In this document: in pieces, positions 25,250-36,885 of the stretch
Position numbering within the stretch: the first letter of the stretch is position 1
How the letters are laid out: every line of letters starts with the position of its first letter
NCBI GenBank assembly: GCA_003427395.1
Contig: BFEA01000027.1
Coordinates: forward strand, 664,673-728,672
DNA from: Chara braunii
Lineage: Eukaryota; Plantae; Charophyceae
DNA: 64,000 nt
Direction of reading: 5' to 3'
Program-made: the position numbers and the translations under genes
Notes under the pieces: model-generated
Told to the model about the DNA's origin: nothing
The model's database searches: none
Seen by the model: only the letters and a program-made list of their open reading frames with translations

Positions 25250-28200
25250 GACATTCATGAGTTGACTTTCCGTGAAAAGCCCTAGTGACCTTTCTTCTTT
25301 ATCCTTCTCTTCTTTATCCTTCCTTGCCATCCTCCTTCCCTTATTTGTGTTTCTCTAACGTCTTCTTCTCAATAGACAGTATTTTTCATTGGACTCGGTT
25401 TGGTATCTATTCAGTGGTTGTCTTTCCTTCATGCTTTCCTTCCTACTTGTACTTCTCTCAGTCTCTCCTTGTATACCTTGCACGCAATTAGCACTCTATA
25501 GTGCTACTCTCCCTCCTCTCCACCAGTCTCTCTTGGTCCTTTATCCATCCTCTCCCCGACCTTTGGTTGCCTCTTCTGTTACTCTGCCTGCTTGTCCCGC
25601 CTCACTGCTAGCCTGTCTGTTTCCTGTTTCTCTCCCGCGTTCTATATTTATTGCCCCTCTGTCCCCCCATCGCTTGTCCTCCATCGTACTCTCTCCTATC
25701 CGTCCTCCCTCCTTGCCCTCTCCGTCTGCTCATCCTTGGCCTCTTCCTCTCCGTAGACCCCTTTCTTTCCCCCGATCGCTGCCCCGGAATCTCCCTTATT
25801 GTTCCCTGAACCGCCGTTTCTCTTGGCCTTCTCATACTCCCTGATCTCCCTTTCGTCCAGGATGCTGTCTTCGTCTGGCTTTGTCTTTTTTCAAACCCTT
25901 CGTCTCTAACGGCTGTCATCTTCCCTCTCTCTCCCCCTTTCTCCTTTCCCTCTCCCCGTGCTTCGTTTGTTCCCGGTCACTGTCTTTCCCAGTCCCTGTC
26001 TGTCTCTTCCTTCCGACCTCCCCAAACATGATCTCCTCGGCTCTGTCCGCCTTTCCGCTTCACTCCTCTTCGCTTCCTCATGCCTGCTCACCGTTCTACT
26101 CTTCCCGTCCTCCCTCTCGCTTTCTCCCTCTGTTTCACCAAGGCTGTTTTGTCTGTGGCTCTGCTTTCTCGGCTTGTCGCGTAGGTCACTTCGTGTCTCC
26201 TGCCTTCGAGTATCATATGTCAGTCTGTACTCGGTTGCTCTCTTAACTGCTGCAGTTCTTTTGCAGCTCTTTTGTCGCTACCCACTCTGCTCTTCAGCCT
26301 TCCCTACTCCGTCTTTCTCCCCTCCCTCTTTCTGTGCGGCCTCGTCTCATGCTTATTTCCTTGGTTCCGCTTTCCTTGTCCCGTCTCTTCCGGCTTGATC
26401 TCCACGTCGTCCCTTCGTCTTCCTCCGTCCCCTACCCCTCTCTCCCTTCTTTTTGACTCTCCAACATCGCTCCCCTTCCCGCGCCTCTCCCCCTGCCTCT
26501 TTCCCCCGCTCTCCCGGTGCCTCCTTTTCCCGAGTGTCTCCCACGCCTCTCCCCCTGCTTCTTTTTCCCGCTGTCCCTGTGCCTCCTCTTCCCGAGTGTT
26601 TTCCACGCCTCTTTTCCCACATCCCCATTCCCTGTTCTCCTCGTCTATGCCCCGTTTGTTCCCCTCACCTGCCTCCCCGCCGGTCATCCCCAGGCTATCC
26701 CCGTGGCCTGTCCCCCTCGCCTGTCCCCTTCTCCCGTCCCCTGCCTGTCTCCTGCGACTCCGCTCCTTTCTTTCGTCTCCTCCAGCTCCTCTCTGGCTTC
26801 CCCCCCCTCCCCCTCCTCTCTCTCTATCCCGGCTCTCTCAACCCCGCTTCTCGCACCAGAGCTCTCTCACGCGAGGGTCGCTCATGTCGCTACTCTCTCT
26901 TGGTTCATATCCCACGTCCCTCTCTGCCGCGTCTTACCCGTTTGCCTTTTCCCATCGCAATTGTTCCTCCTTCCCACGTTTCCCCCCCCACTGTATATAT
27001 ATCTCCATACCGCGTTTGCTTCCATCCTGGCCTCTCCAACCGTTTACGCTTTTCGCTGCCTGCGCTTTATATTCCCCACCTCACGTCTGTTTTTGCACCC
27101 CGTCTTGCCGGTCGCGTTCGTCCCTCCCTCTCGTGCATGGCTTATTTGCTATTTCGCCCTTTCCCTCGTCTCCCGCCTTTTCCTCCCCCCAGTGTCGTCT
27201 CTTTCCCTGTATCGAGTTGCTGTCTAGCTTGCCTCCGCACTGGCGTCTCCACCCCCTCCACGCTGCCGTTGCCGTCCCCCTACTTTCCCCCTCCAACCGT
27301 CTCGCCGCCTCCCCTCCGTCTGCTTCCTACCGGTGTCGTTGTCGCTGGTTCCTGACGTTCTGCCCTTTTCTCGTCTTCCCTGTCCCCACCACGTCCCTGT
27401 GCTTCGTCGTCTCTTTACCCCTTCCTGCGTTCCACTTCGGTTTCTCCCAGTTTTCACCCTACTTTGATCAGCCTGCCATCCTTGGGTCTCTCGACCGCCC
27501 TCCCACTCCCCCCTCCTTTCTTCCCCCCTACCGTTCCTCCTGTAACGATATCTCCCTCCCCCCTCATTTTCCCCACTACCGTTCCTTCTGTAACGATATC
27601 TCTGCCTCTTTCTCCTCTTCGCACAGCTCGTCTCATATGATATTTTCTCTTCCCTGTTTCCCTCCGCTCCTTCTGTCACGTCGGATCTATAACGCCGTTC
27701 CTATCGCTTTGTCCCATCGTCCTTCTCGCGGGTTCTTTCTTGTCCCTTTTGCAAAGCCACCGGTTTGTCTTTTCTCTTATGTATCTTGGTATCCTGCAGT
27801 CTTTCTTGCGTCTTCTATTATTCTTTTTTTTCCCTCATCCTTACGATGTCATTTCTGTTTGCGTCCTTCCTGTCTACTGTCTTTCCTCGTCCCATCTTTT
27901 TGTGTTTGCCTCCTGTCTACCGCTGTTTGCTCTTCCTTCCGTCCCTCGCTGCCCGTCTCGCCCTTTCCTCGCCTCTCCCTTCCCGTTTCCCTCTCCGCTG
28001 TCTTCTTCGTCGTTCGTGTCCTCTCTTTCATCCCCTTTTCATGTTTCTACCTATGACTCAATTCTTTCACCTCCTCCCAGCAGAGGCCTTATATGAGTCT
28101 GTCGAACGCCATGTTTTGTTCCTTAACCTCCCCCTACCTCTTCCTCCGTGCCTTGCCCTCAACTGCTTCGGCCTCCTCAACGCCGTTCGCACATCCGCCA

Positions 28201-28450
28201 ACAACCCGCCCTGTCGGCCTCCATTCTATCCCATGTTGGCGCCTTTTCTATCCTGCATGCGTGAGCTTCTTTCTTTCTACCTTCCTGCCGGCCCGGTTCT
28301 CTCTGCTGCTTCTGCCTCCTCCTCAACGCCGTCTGCCCCTCCCCCAACAACCCGCCTTGTCGGCCTCCATTCCATATCATTTTGGCGCCTTTTCTATCCT
28401 GCTCGTGCGAGCCTCTTTCATTCCACCTTCCTGCCGGCCCGGTTCTGCTT
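25250..28450 (+). repeat. ~3.2-kb pyrimidine-rich (C/T) low-complexity tract in UBC intron 1
   Basis: Very strong C+T skew on the + strand. It generates the spurious S/P/L/F-rich ORFs. Confidence 0.85.
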
Positions 28451-29749
28451 ATTTTTTCGTGCTCCGTGTCCTCATGGCGCCTGCCATGTGCTGGTGATGT
28501 TTGGAACTGCGCGCACGCACGCGCGCACGGGAAATACGTATGTGCTGTTGCGAGAGGAGGCGATTATGCCGGATTCAGTGTGAGCGATGTGAAGACTGGT
28601 GTCGGTGGTGGTGCTAGACTTAGTGTGAGAGATGTGAAGGTCGACGTGAGGATTCGTGGTCGGTGCAGCAGTAGGTTGTTCGTTTGCAGGGAAGTCTCGC
28701 TTTGTCTGAAAGTTGTGCGTAGTCGGGTATCCTCTTCTTTTCTTCCCGTTCAAGGAGCGCGAGGGTTTTGTGCGCGGCTATTCTGTCCGGGTAGACCACC
28801 AGATCTTGCCTAGTGACACTGGGATGAGGAGGCTGAATGAGGCCAACGATCTTGTGCTAGACATCGATGATTTTGATGGCGGAGTCAGTGAGGAGGTCTG
28901 TTGCGCAACATCCGGGAGGTCATGGCATTGTAGGACGACAAGATAGAACTACGTAATGCTCTTTTTATGCACGCGTTATCATTTTACGTTTCTAGATCCC
29001 TAGCTGTTTTGCCGCTCTCGCTCGTCCCTCTTGACCCGGTCATATCCACGATCTTGTCCCTGACGTTGTGGATCTAGTGCATGAGATAGTCGTTCAACGG
29101 CTGACAGAACATCGGTGCAATCCTTAAACTCTATGACATCTTGCGGTATGTTGGGCCAGCACTTATCCATCGGATTCTTTAGGACTTGAACTCCTGACCT
29201 GTTCTTTACATGTGTGCACCAGTCAGGCACCTTGGCTGGGTATCGATGCCGAACCGTGCGCACGAAACGAAAGATTCAGTGCACGCTTTTCCTGTGAAAC
29301 CGGCAGTTCCGCAGTTGAACAGAAGAATGAACTTTTTCTTTCATCTCTTCCTGTATTGTCTTGTGGGATATGAAAGATTGAGTTCTTTCATCGCTTTTTC
29401 AGACATGTTTTTTGAGCTCTTAGCGAATGTGTGCTCGAGAATGCCGATGTTTGCATCGAGAATGCAGATGAAAGCCCTGTTCTTCCTCTCTGTTTATATC
29501 TTGGGAGTGAAGGGATTGGCGGAGATGTTTGAGTTGTCTGCCTTTTACGCATCAGTCGGTGATACTGGCGTTCGATATTTTCGTCGTTGTGAGCGTTTGC
29601 CCGGACTACATTTTGGTGTTTTTCAGTGTTTAGTGTTTCTTTTCTGTGCGTGTTTTGTGGTGAGTGCTTTGTTTGGTGATGGTCTGTGTTGTGACATGCG
29701 TTTGTAATACTTTGTATGTGTGCGTGTACGCGTGGGAATTATCACACAG

Positions 29750-29865
29750 CCCGGACGACACTCCTTGGGATGGAGGTACCTTCAAGCTGACGCTGCAATT
29801 CACTGAAGATTATCCGAACAAGGCTCCCACTGTGCGCTTTGTCTCGAAAATGTTTCATCCAAATA
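29750..29865 (+). CDS. UBC2: RAD6/UBC2 exon 2
   Basis: cacag|[43 protein letters not shown]|gtgagt; phases match both neighbouring exons. Confidence 0.97.
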
Positions 29866-29990
29866 GTGAGTGATCTCTGCCATACATCTTCACTTAGTTT
29901 CTCTTAGCGTAAACACCAATCGTTGCATCTGTTTGCACCTGTCTGTGAACTGGGGAGAACGGAAAGGCAGACGTAAACGCTATGAACTAA

Positions 29991-31640
29991 GTCAGAACTA
30001 TGTTATTCGCCTGATTCTATCAGGATTCAGAACTATGTTATTCGCCTGATTCTATCAGGATTGGATTGGAACTCTTAATCTGTTTACATAATCACGTCAG
30101 TTCAGGTTTCTAAGGGCGCGAACTGTAAGCATAATCACGTCCGCGTTGCCGCTATCGTTTGGGTGGCGACAGCAGTGTGGGGATCCTCTCTGCAGCGGTA
30201 GTGAAACGGTGTTGCTCATGCAGATGCAGACATCTCTGAGAAGGGTGTGTGATCAAACAAATGATCGCAAGGGTTGCTACTCTCGGCAGCTATCCAAGCC
30301 CAATTGTTTTTGTGAATCTTATGACATGAAAAAGCCACCAGTATGTTTGCCTGGTATTTTGCTCTGACGGGCGGGTTGGCAGGCTGCGTCCTTGGCGCCT
30401 TGTCCTACCGAACGGTAGAAGCCACCAGTATGTTTCCCTGCTGTTTTGCTCGGACGGGCGGGTTGGCAGGCTGCGTCCTTGGGGCCTTGTCCTACCGAAA
30501 GGGAAAGGCTGGTGCGCGTGCGCCGGCTTGGCGAAACTGGGTGCGCGGGATTGGAAAAAAGAGGCTCTCAGATGTAGTTAAACGTTAAACCACAAGTACT
30601 TGGCCCAGCTATTGGCCGCGGGAAAGAACAGAGTAGAAACGTTTCTAGTCGGATGAATGTGGGCGCTCCTGTAGTGGCCCGTACGTTTCCTAAAAATGTG
30701 CGGGTTGGCAGGCTGCGTCCTTGGGGCCTTGTCCTACCGAGTGCGCCGGCTTGGCAAAACTGGGTGCGCGGGATTGGAAAAAAGAGGCTCAGAAGTAGTT
30801 AAAACGTTAAAAGCTTTTGCCCTCCAGTTTGGACCTTAAAAATGTTGCAGCATCTCTGAGCTGCAGCAGAGCCATTCGTTTCTGTAGGAGAGGCGAAAAT
30901 GTGGAGTGTGTATTTCAGTGATGGTCACTATTATATCAGGGTGAAACCAGTGATGCGGTGTGCGCGGGATTGGGAAAAAAAAGGCTCGGATGCCCCCCGT
31001 TTGGACCTTGGAAATGTTGCGGCATCTCTGAGCTGTTAGGATGTGCAGTTGAGCCATTTGTTTCTGTACGGGAGGCGGAAATGTTGCACTTCTGGATGGC
31101 TGTATTATCTGGGTAAAACCATTGATGGGGCTTTGAATAGTGGCTTTGTGGCTTGCCTGCATTTTTCTCTGTTATTTGTTGAATTGGCTGCTTCTGGCAG
31201 ATTAATCGGGATATGCAGCCTTTATGAACCTATCCCCGTCAGCAGTTTCTCCTCTTCTCTATGTGTGAGCTATCGCCTTTTCTACGTACACGTTGTTAAT
31301 TGAGGAGACCTGAAGGCTGTTTTAAACGACAAGCCCTCGCTACTGCGAAAGTCTTCAGGTCTTTCGTAGTGATACAAGAAGGTGGACAGAGGCCTGGCAG
31401 ATGGGAAAGGGCCCGCAAAATGGGCCCGCAAAATGATATCTGAGCCTCTGTAAAAAAGCAGCAAATGAATGGTCCTGAATGTTTCTCGACTTTCTGTCGG
31501 AAAATACTGAAGCTGCCTCTTCGTATCCTAGAAAATGGCTGTTATCTGAGCCTCTGTAGTAAAGCAGCAAATATTCCTGAATGTTTCTCGACTTTCTGTC
31601 GTAAAATACTGAAGCTGCCTCTTCCTATCCTAGAAAATGG
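29991..31640 (+). repeat. Cluster of local duplications in UBC intron 2
   Basis: ~35-bp tandem duplication at 29991-30062; gcgggttggcaggctgcgtccttgg.gccttgtcctaccga x3 (~30370, 30458, 30700); ~100-bp duplication at 31437-31643. Confidence 0.85.
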
Positions 31641-31974
31641 CTGTTGGTTTGGGCGGGTCAGGTCCAGTGTAATGGTGATTTAACGAAGGTGACACAGTTC
31701 TGTGGAGTAGGGAATGTGACGCGTTTTGTAGTTCGTTTTGTACCACCCGTACAACAGCATCAACGCTGCCTATCCTCTCCTTATGCTGGCCCTACGGTGC
31801 CAAACCTTCTTGACGCCGGCACAAGTTGAGCAGACGAATTTTCTTTGTCTTTTCCATTTTGCATGACATGGAGGGGGGGATAAGAACTGAGTGAATGTTT
31901 GTTTTGCAGAATTGAAGAGTCAAGATAGTGTGCGCTCTTTCTGTGGTGTTTGGTGGTTGGATGTTGGTGTGCAG

Positions 31975-32063
31975 TTTATGCGGATGGCGGCATTTGTTTG
32001 GATATACTGCAGAACCAGTGGAGTCCAATTTATGATGTTTCTGCAATCTTGACCTCTATTCAG
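31975..32063 (+). CDS. UBC2: RAD6/UBC2 exon 3, containing the active-site Cys
   Basis: gcag|[35 protein letters not shown]|gtgagt; 89 nt. Confidence 0.97.
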
Positions 32064-32887
32064 GTGAGTGTCAGGATCTGTCTCTCTCCCAGTGGTATGA
32101 TTGTGCGTTGTCGACATGGGTCTGCATCCGTTTGAAGGGGGGTGGCATGAGTTGGGAGGAGGGCAGGGTCCAATGGAAAGAGAGGACGTGGGAGGGTGAC
32201 AGAAAACAGGCAAAGTAAGAGTGCGAAGGGATTGGGAGACGGATACATGGAGAGCGAGATATAACTAACTGTCTGCTGTCTACCTCTCTTGTCTATCTAG
32301 GGTGGGTTACCGTCCTTGGTGTTCAACTTATCGTGTTTCCACATGATTGATTGATGAGGTGGCTCTTTGGAATGTTGATCAAGCCGGATTAAGTCGGATC
32401 TCTGGTTGATGTTTGAATGCCAGCTCTTTAACCTTTCGCTGGAGCTCTGCTGCTTAATTGTTCTTGTAGTACAGTTTGGGTCTCCTTGGCATTGTGGAGG
32501 GGACTAACTGTTTGAATGCCTGCTCTTTAACCTTTTGCTGGAGCTCTGCTGCTTAAGTGTTCTTGTAGTACAGTTTGGGTCTCCTTGGCGTTCTGGAGGG
32601 GACTGACTGGTTATGATGGCCGAGATGCAGGTTTGTAATGCTGAATGTGTTATGGACGAGGAGCGCAGCAGTTTGTTAGTTGGAACGCAATGCAGTTTTA
32701 GAGATGTCGGGGTCGTCCTTATCAATCAACCAAGTCAAAAGAAAGGGGGGCAAAGAGGGAGGGTGTGAGGATTGGCCTCATTTCCGGTAGTCAGGATGAT
32801 ATTTGACGAGTTGGTTATGGTGGTATTGTTGGTAATTGTCCTGTGTGCTGTTTGTGATCGTGCATGGCTGTGGTTGCGCTTTGACAG

Positions 32888-33022
32888 TCCCTCCTCTGCG
32901 ATCCGAATCCAAATTCACCGGCAAACTCCGAGGCAGCTCGTCTATACAGTGAGAACAGGCGTGAGTACAACAGGCGCGTAAGGGAGATCGTGGAGCAGAG
33001 CTGGTCGGTAGATGGAAGTTGA
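32888..33022 (+). CDS. UBC2: RAD6/UBC2 exon 4 (terminal)
   Basis: gacag|[44 protein letters not shown]; TGA at 33020-33022. Confidence 0.97.
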   Translation, partial: SLLCDPNPNSPANSEAARLYSENRREYNRRVREIVEQSWSVDGS

Positions 33023-33492
33023 GGGCGTGCTCGGGCGAGGTGCAGGGGCTTAAGGCAGCGGATGCTTTCTTGAGGGAGGTTGACATTGTACAGGCAGAGC
33101 AGTGAAGCATGAGCTCTTGTTTGTTTTCTTCAGGGTTGTAGTAGATTGTTTGCCTGAAAAGGGGAGTGTGGGGGAATATTAGAACAGAACAGGTATGAAC
33201 ATCCATTCCTATCAGTCTCTCTGTTTGATGAGGAGTGGATAGCGTGGGCGAAGACAGCTGATGTCAACGTTTAGTTTTCCTCCCTATGCATGCCTGGTTG
33301 TATGTATGGGTTCTTGTGAGCGTGGAGGATACAGTGGCGTCTCGCGAGGAGGATGGGAATGTGGTTGTATGTTGTCTGCTTATTACAAACGGCTACTCAG
33401 ACGCATGTCGAGCTTAGTCTTTTCCTGTCGTCTCTCTTATGGCAATTTGGGGGTTCGTCTGTTTCTACCATTCTGTACCCCCCCCCTCATCT

Positions 33493-33511
33493 AGATGTGT
33501 ATAAGAGACAG
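33493..33511 (+). other. Tn5 mosaic end / Nextera adapter remnant (assembly artefact)
   Basis: Exact 19-mer AGATGTGTATAAGAGACAG between poly-C runs. Confidence 0.95.
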
Positions 33512-33915
33512 CCCTCCCTCCCCCCTCCCCCCCCCGGTGCTCGCTTTCAATGCCCTATGGCAGGGAGACATGGATGATAGGTGTCAAGGTTCTGTTGTCG
33601 AGTGTGACAATATGGTCAAGAGTGCGGTGGTGTACTGTCTCTGCCTGCCAGTGTCGACAGGTTTGGGTGGGTCCTTATCAGCCTTGATATGGGGAAGGGC
33701 TGCATCAGGAAAATGCGAAAGCCTAATCATTGGCTGGCTATAGGGGTGGCCAGCTCCTGTTACAGGCTGGGCTTTTCTTTGTTAGATTGAAAGGCACAGT
33801 CTGGTGGGATTGTGCTGCTGACCGATGTTGGACTTCATGGGAGCTTTTAGAACTCTTGTGGTGAGCTTCACGAAAAATCCAAGGAGGTCACAAGAATGAG
33901 GACACATCCTCGGAT

Positions 33916-33990
33916 GGATTCGACTTTATCGCGGGTCTGTGGATTCGACTTTATCGCAGGTCTGTGGATTCGACTTTATCGCAGGTCTGA
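33916..33990 (+). repeat. 25-bp tandem repeat x3
   Basis: ggattcgactttatcgcrggtctgt at 33916, 33941 and 33966. Confidence 0.9.
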
Positions 33991-35329
33991 CCTACTTGTA
34001 TTTGTAGTCTGCAATGGGGATTTTGTTTGGTTCATTTTTGGGTCTCATAGACAAGGTTTATGACATTCTCTCCATGTCGGTATGTCTTTCTTTCTTTCTT
34101 TTTTTCTTTTTGCCTCTCTAAAATTGCGGCCTGGAGGTTTGTTCTTGAAGCATGTCCGTGCTTCCTTCCCAGGTCAGAAATGAAATGCGCTTGGTCCAAT
34201 GCTGCTTAGTCCTTGGTCTCTTTTGGTTGGGGTTTGGTTCCATTGGAAGGTTCACAATCAATCATGCCTCAGAATCTGATTGTGGTAACAATAGATATGA
34301 TGTCTTTGGCACTAGGAATAAGAGACTGCTGATTCTGCTTGGTTCAACTTTGGGTCGTATGGATTAAGTTCATGATGATATTCTCTCCAAAGTCTCGTGT
34401 GTTGTTTTTGTAAGTTTCTCTCCTTTCTTTCGTTCTTTCGTTCTTTCTTTTGTTGTTAATTTCTTTCTTTCTTTCTTTCTTTCTGTCTGTCTTTCTTTCT
34501 TTCTTTCTCACTGTTCTAGAAAAGCAGCATGGAGGTTCGTTGTTGAAACTCGTCTATGTGTTTAGAGCCGACCTTGTCCGCGTGACCTTGTTCTTTCTGA
34601 GTGTTCTGCAGGCGCAGCCCCTACCTTGTTATTATCGAAACGCTTTGTTCCTGACCCTCGTTTGGTTCTATGAGAAGGGTGGCAATCATGTCTTACAGTC
34701 TTTAGAGTCTGAGGGCGTCGCCGATGGGACACGAAACGAAGAATGAAAGGCGTGCATCTTCCTGCAGAAAATGGCCAGGTTCGTCGATTTGCTATAAATA
34801 GTAACGAGTGTATTTTGCCACCTTTCGTGGGCAGATGCACTCGTTTTGTTTTCGTTTTGTGTGCCGTGTGGCGAGACCCTGAGTGTGGTAACAATCAGGA
34901 TGTCTTGGGCACCCGTAAAAAGAAACTGACCTGTGGGCAGGTTGGATAGTTGGTGGGATGTTTTTGTTGTTCTTGTTCGCAGCATCTGTCTTGCTGTCAC
35001 GAGTCGTTCGGGTTTGACAATGGACGTCTCTCATGACACTGACATCAGACATGTGGGTGGGCAATGATTAGGCTATGTGCTTGGTTGCACAGGAGGTTGA
35101 GGATGAGTTGTTATCTATAATAATGGGATGATAAGGATTTCTTGCAATATGCCAACTTCCCATAATGTTGTCTGTTTGTGTGTCACCTGATGTAACTATG
35201 TTCAGCAAGGAGAAACTGCATGTGTCTCGATGTAAATGAAAAAAACGAGAAGACAAGTAAAGAAAAGGAAAGGAAATGTCCCCAGCCAGTTCATTGGGTG
35301 TGTTTTGCACTTGCCCTGAAATGATTCTG

Positions 35330-35770
35330 TGGTGGCTGATGTAATCGGGCTTCTTCCTGAAATAAGGTGGCTGATATAATCGGCTGATATAGTCGGGCTT
35401 CTTCCTGAAATATGGTGACTGATGTAATCGGGCTTCTTCCTGAAATAAGGTGGCTGATGTAATCGGGTTTTTTCTTTCGTGGCCAGAACTCTATTAGGGT
35501 GAAGTTTGTGTTACTTCTGCTCTCTGGAAACTGACTCTCTTCGCCCTGATGATTTCTGTGTCTGAGTGGAAACTGTGCCAAAGCTGTCGGACTGGTATTT
35601 AGTGGAAATACAGGTCTTTCTAGTGGGCCGGTGGTGCACTTGCGGATGCCTATTCATTTAGTTGAAATACAGGTCTTCCATTCCGCTACAGGTCTTTCAA
35701 GTGGGCCGGTGGCCACTTGCAGATGCCTATTCATTTAGTAGTGGAAATGGAGGTCTTCCAAGTGGGTCTA
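35330..35770 (+). repeat. Two minisatellite clusters
   Basis: ggtggctgatgtaatcgggcttcttcctgaaata units at 35330-35470; caggtctt..agtgggccggtgg..cacttgc.gatgcctattcatttagt units at 35600-35770. Confidence 0.8.
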
Positions 35771-36539
35771 CCAGCTTGAAAGGTGGTGGTGGTTTAACAG
35801 AACGGCATTCCCATCTTGATTAGTCACACATCCTGTCTTCTGTGAGTGTCCCCAGCAATCATCCACTTGCCCTGTTCCCACTATGTTCCTTATAGCCATC
35901 CTCTTCCCCCTACTGTTGTGTGCCTGTAACTAGTCCATTTTGCGGGGGGAGGAAGAGCAGCTGTGCATGGGTTGGGAGAGAGGTAGGTGGAAGGGAGTGG
36001 ATGGGGAGTTGAAGGCGAGGGAGGCCTGTGCGTGGTTTGGGAGAGAGGATGAATGGGGGGTGGGTGAAGAGGGAGGTAAAGAGAAGCAGGTGGGTGGATC
36101 GTACGTCCAGGTGTGTGCTCGTTCTCTCCATTTGTTCTCCAGGCTAGATGATTCTGAGGACCGCTTTTCTTCCTGGAATTTGTTTGTGCTTCGCGTCCTG
36201 GGTCTTCTCCTCCGGTTGAGTTGTTCATCCTCTGTCTTTTCGTCTTGTTCCCCTTAGTTGGTTCCCCTGTGGCAACAGTATTGGACTTTACGAAATCAGC
36301 AATGTGGCTCCGTGCCTGCAGGTCAGACTAGTACAGCCTTCTTATAGGACCTTACCTGCTAAGCCGCCATCTGGATTTCATGCCTGGTGGTGGTTTCAAA
36401 TAGGTTGCTGTCACCGGCTGTCCACTGCGACGTGTCGTGTATTGCTCGAAATAAACCAGGGGAACTGTCTCCCAGGTGCCACCCTCCAAGCTGGTCCCTA
36501 CTGTAACCAAATTTGGGACACCGACGGGTATGTTCGGCG

Positions 36540-36885
36540 ACAGTGCTCAACGGTTGCCCTCGTGGGAGGGGAGAAGTGGTAGGTGGGGGTGAGGCTATCC
36601 GTTGGCCAAGCTGGGAGACTATGCCCAACGGTTGCTCTGGTAGGTGGGGGTAAGGCTCTCCGCCGGGTATGCTTGGAGACTGTGTTCACTGGTTGCCCTC
36701 GTGGGAGGGGGGCGTGAGGCTCTCCGTTAGGCATGCTAGGAGATGTTGCTCAACGGTTGCTGTTCTCGTGGGAGCGGGGAACTGGTAGGTGGGGATGAGG
36801 CTCTACGTTGGGCATGCTAGGAGACGGTGCTCAACGGTTGCTCTCTCGCGGGAGGGGATAACTGGTAGGCGGGGGAGAGGCTCTG
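36540..36885 (+). repeat. Degenerate G-rich tandem repeat (~80 bp, 4-5 units)
   Basis: Recurrent caacggttgc.ctcgtgggagggg..tggtaggtggggg.gaggct.tccgtt. Confidence 0.8.

Noticed and set aside
26272-28056. 594-aa ORF and overlapping S/P/L/F-rich ORFs
   Set aside because: An artefact of the A-poor polypyrimidine tract inside UBC intron 1, where stop codons are rare.
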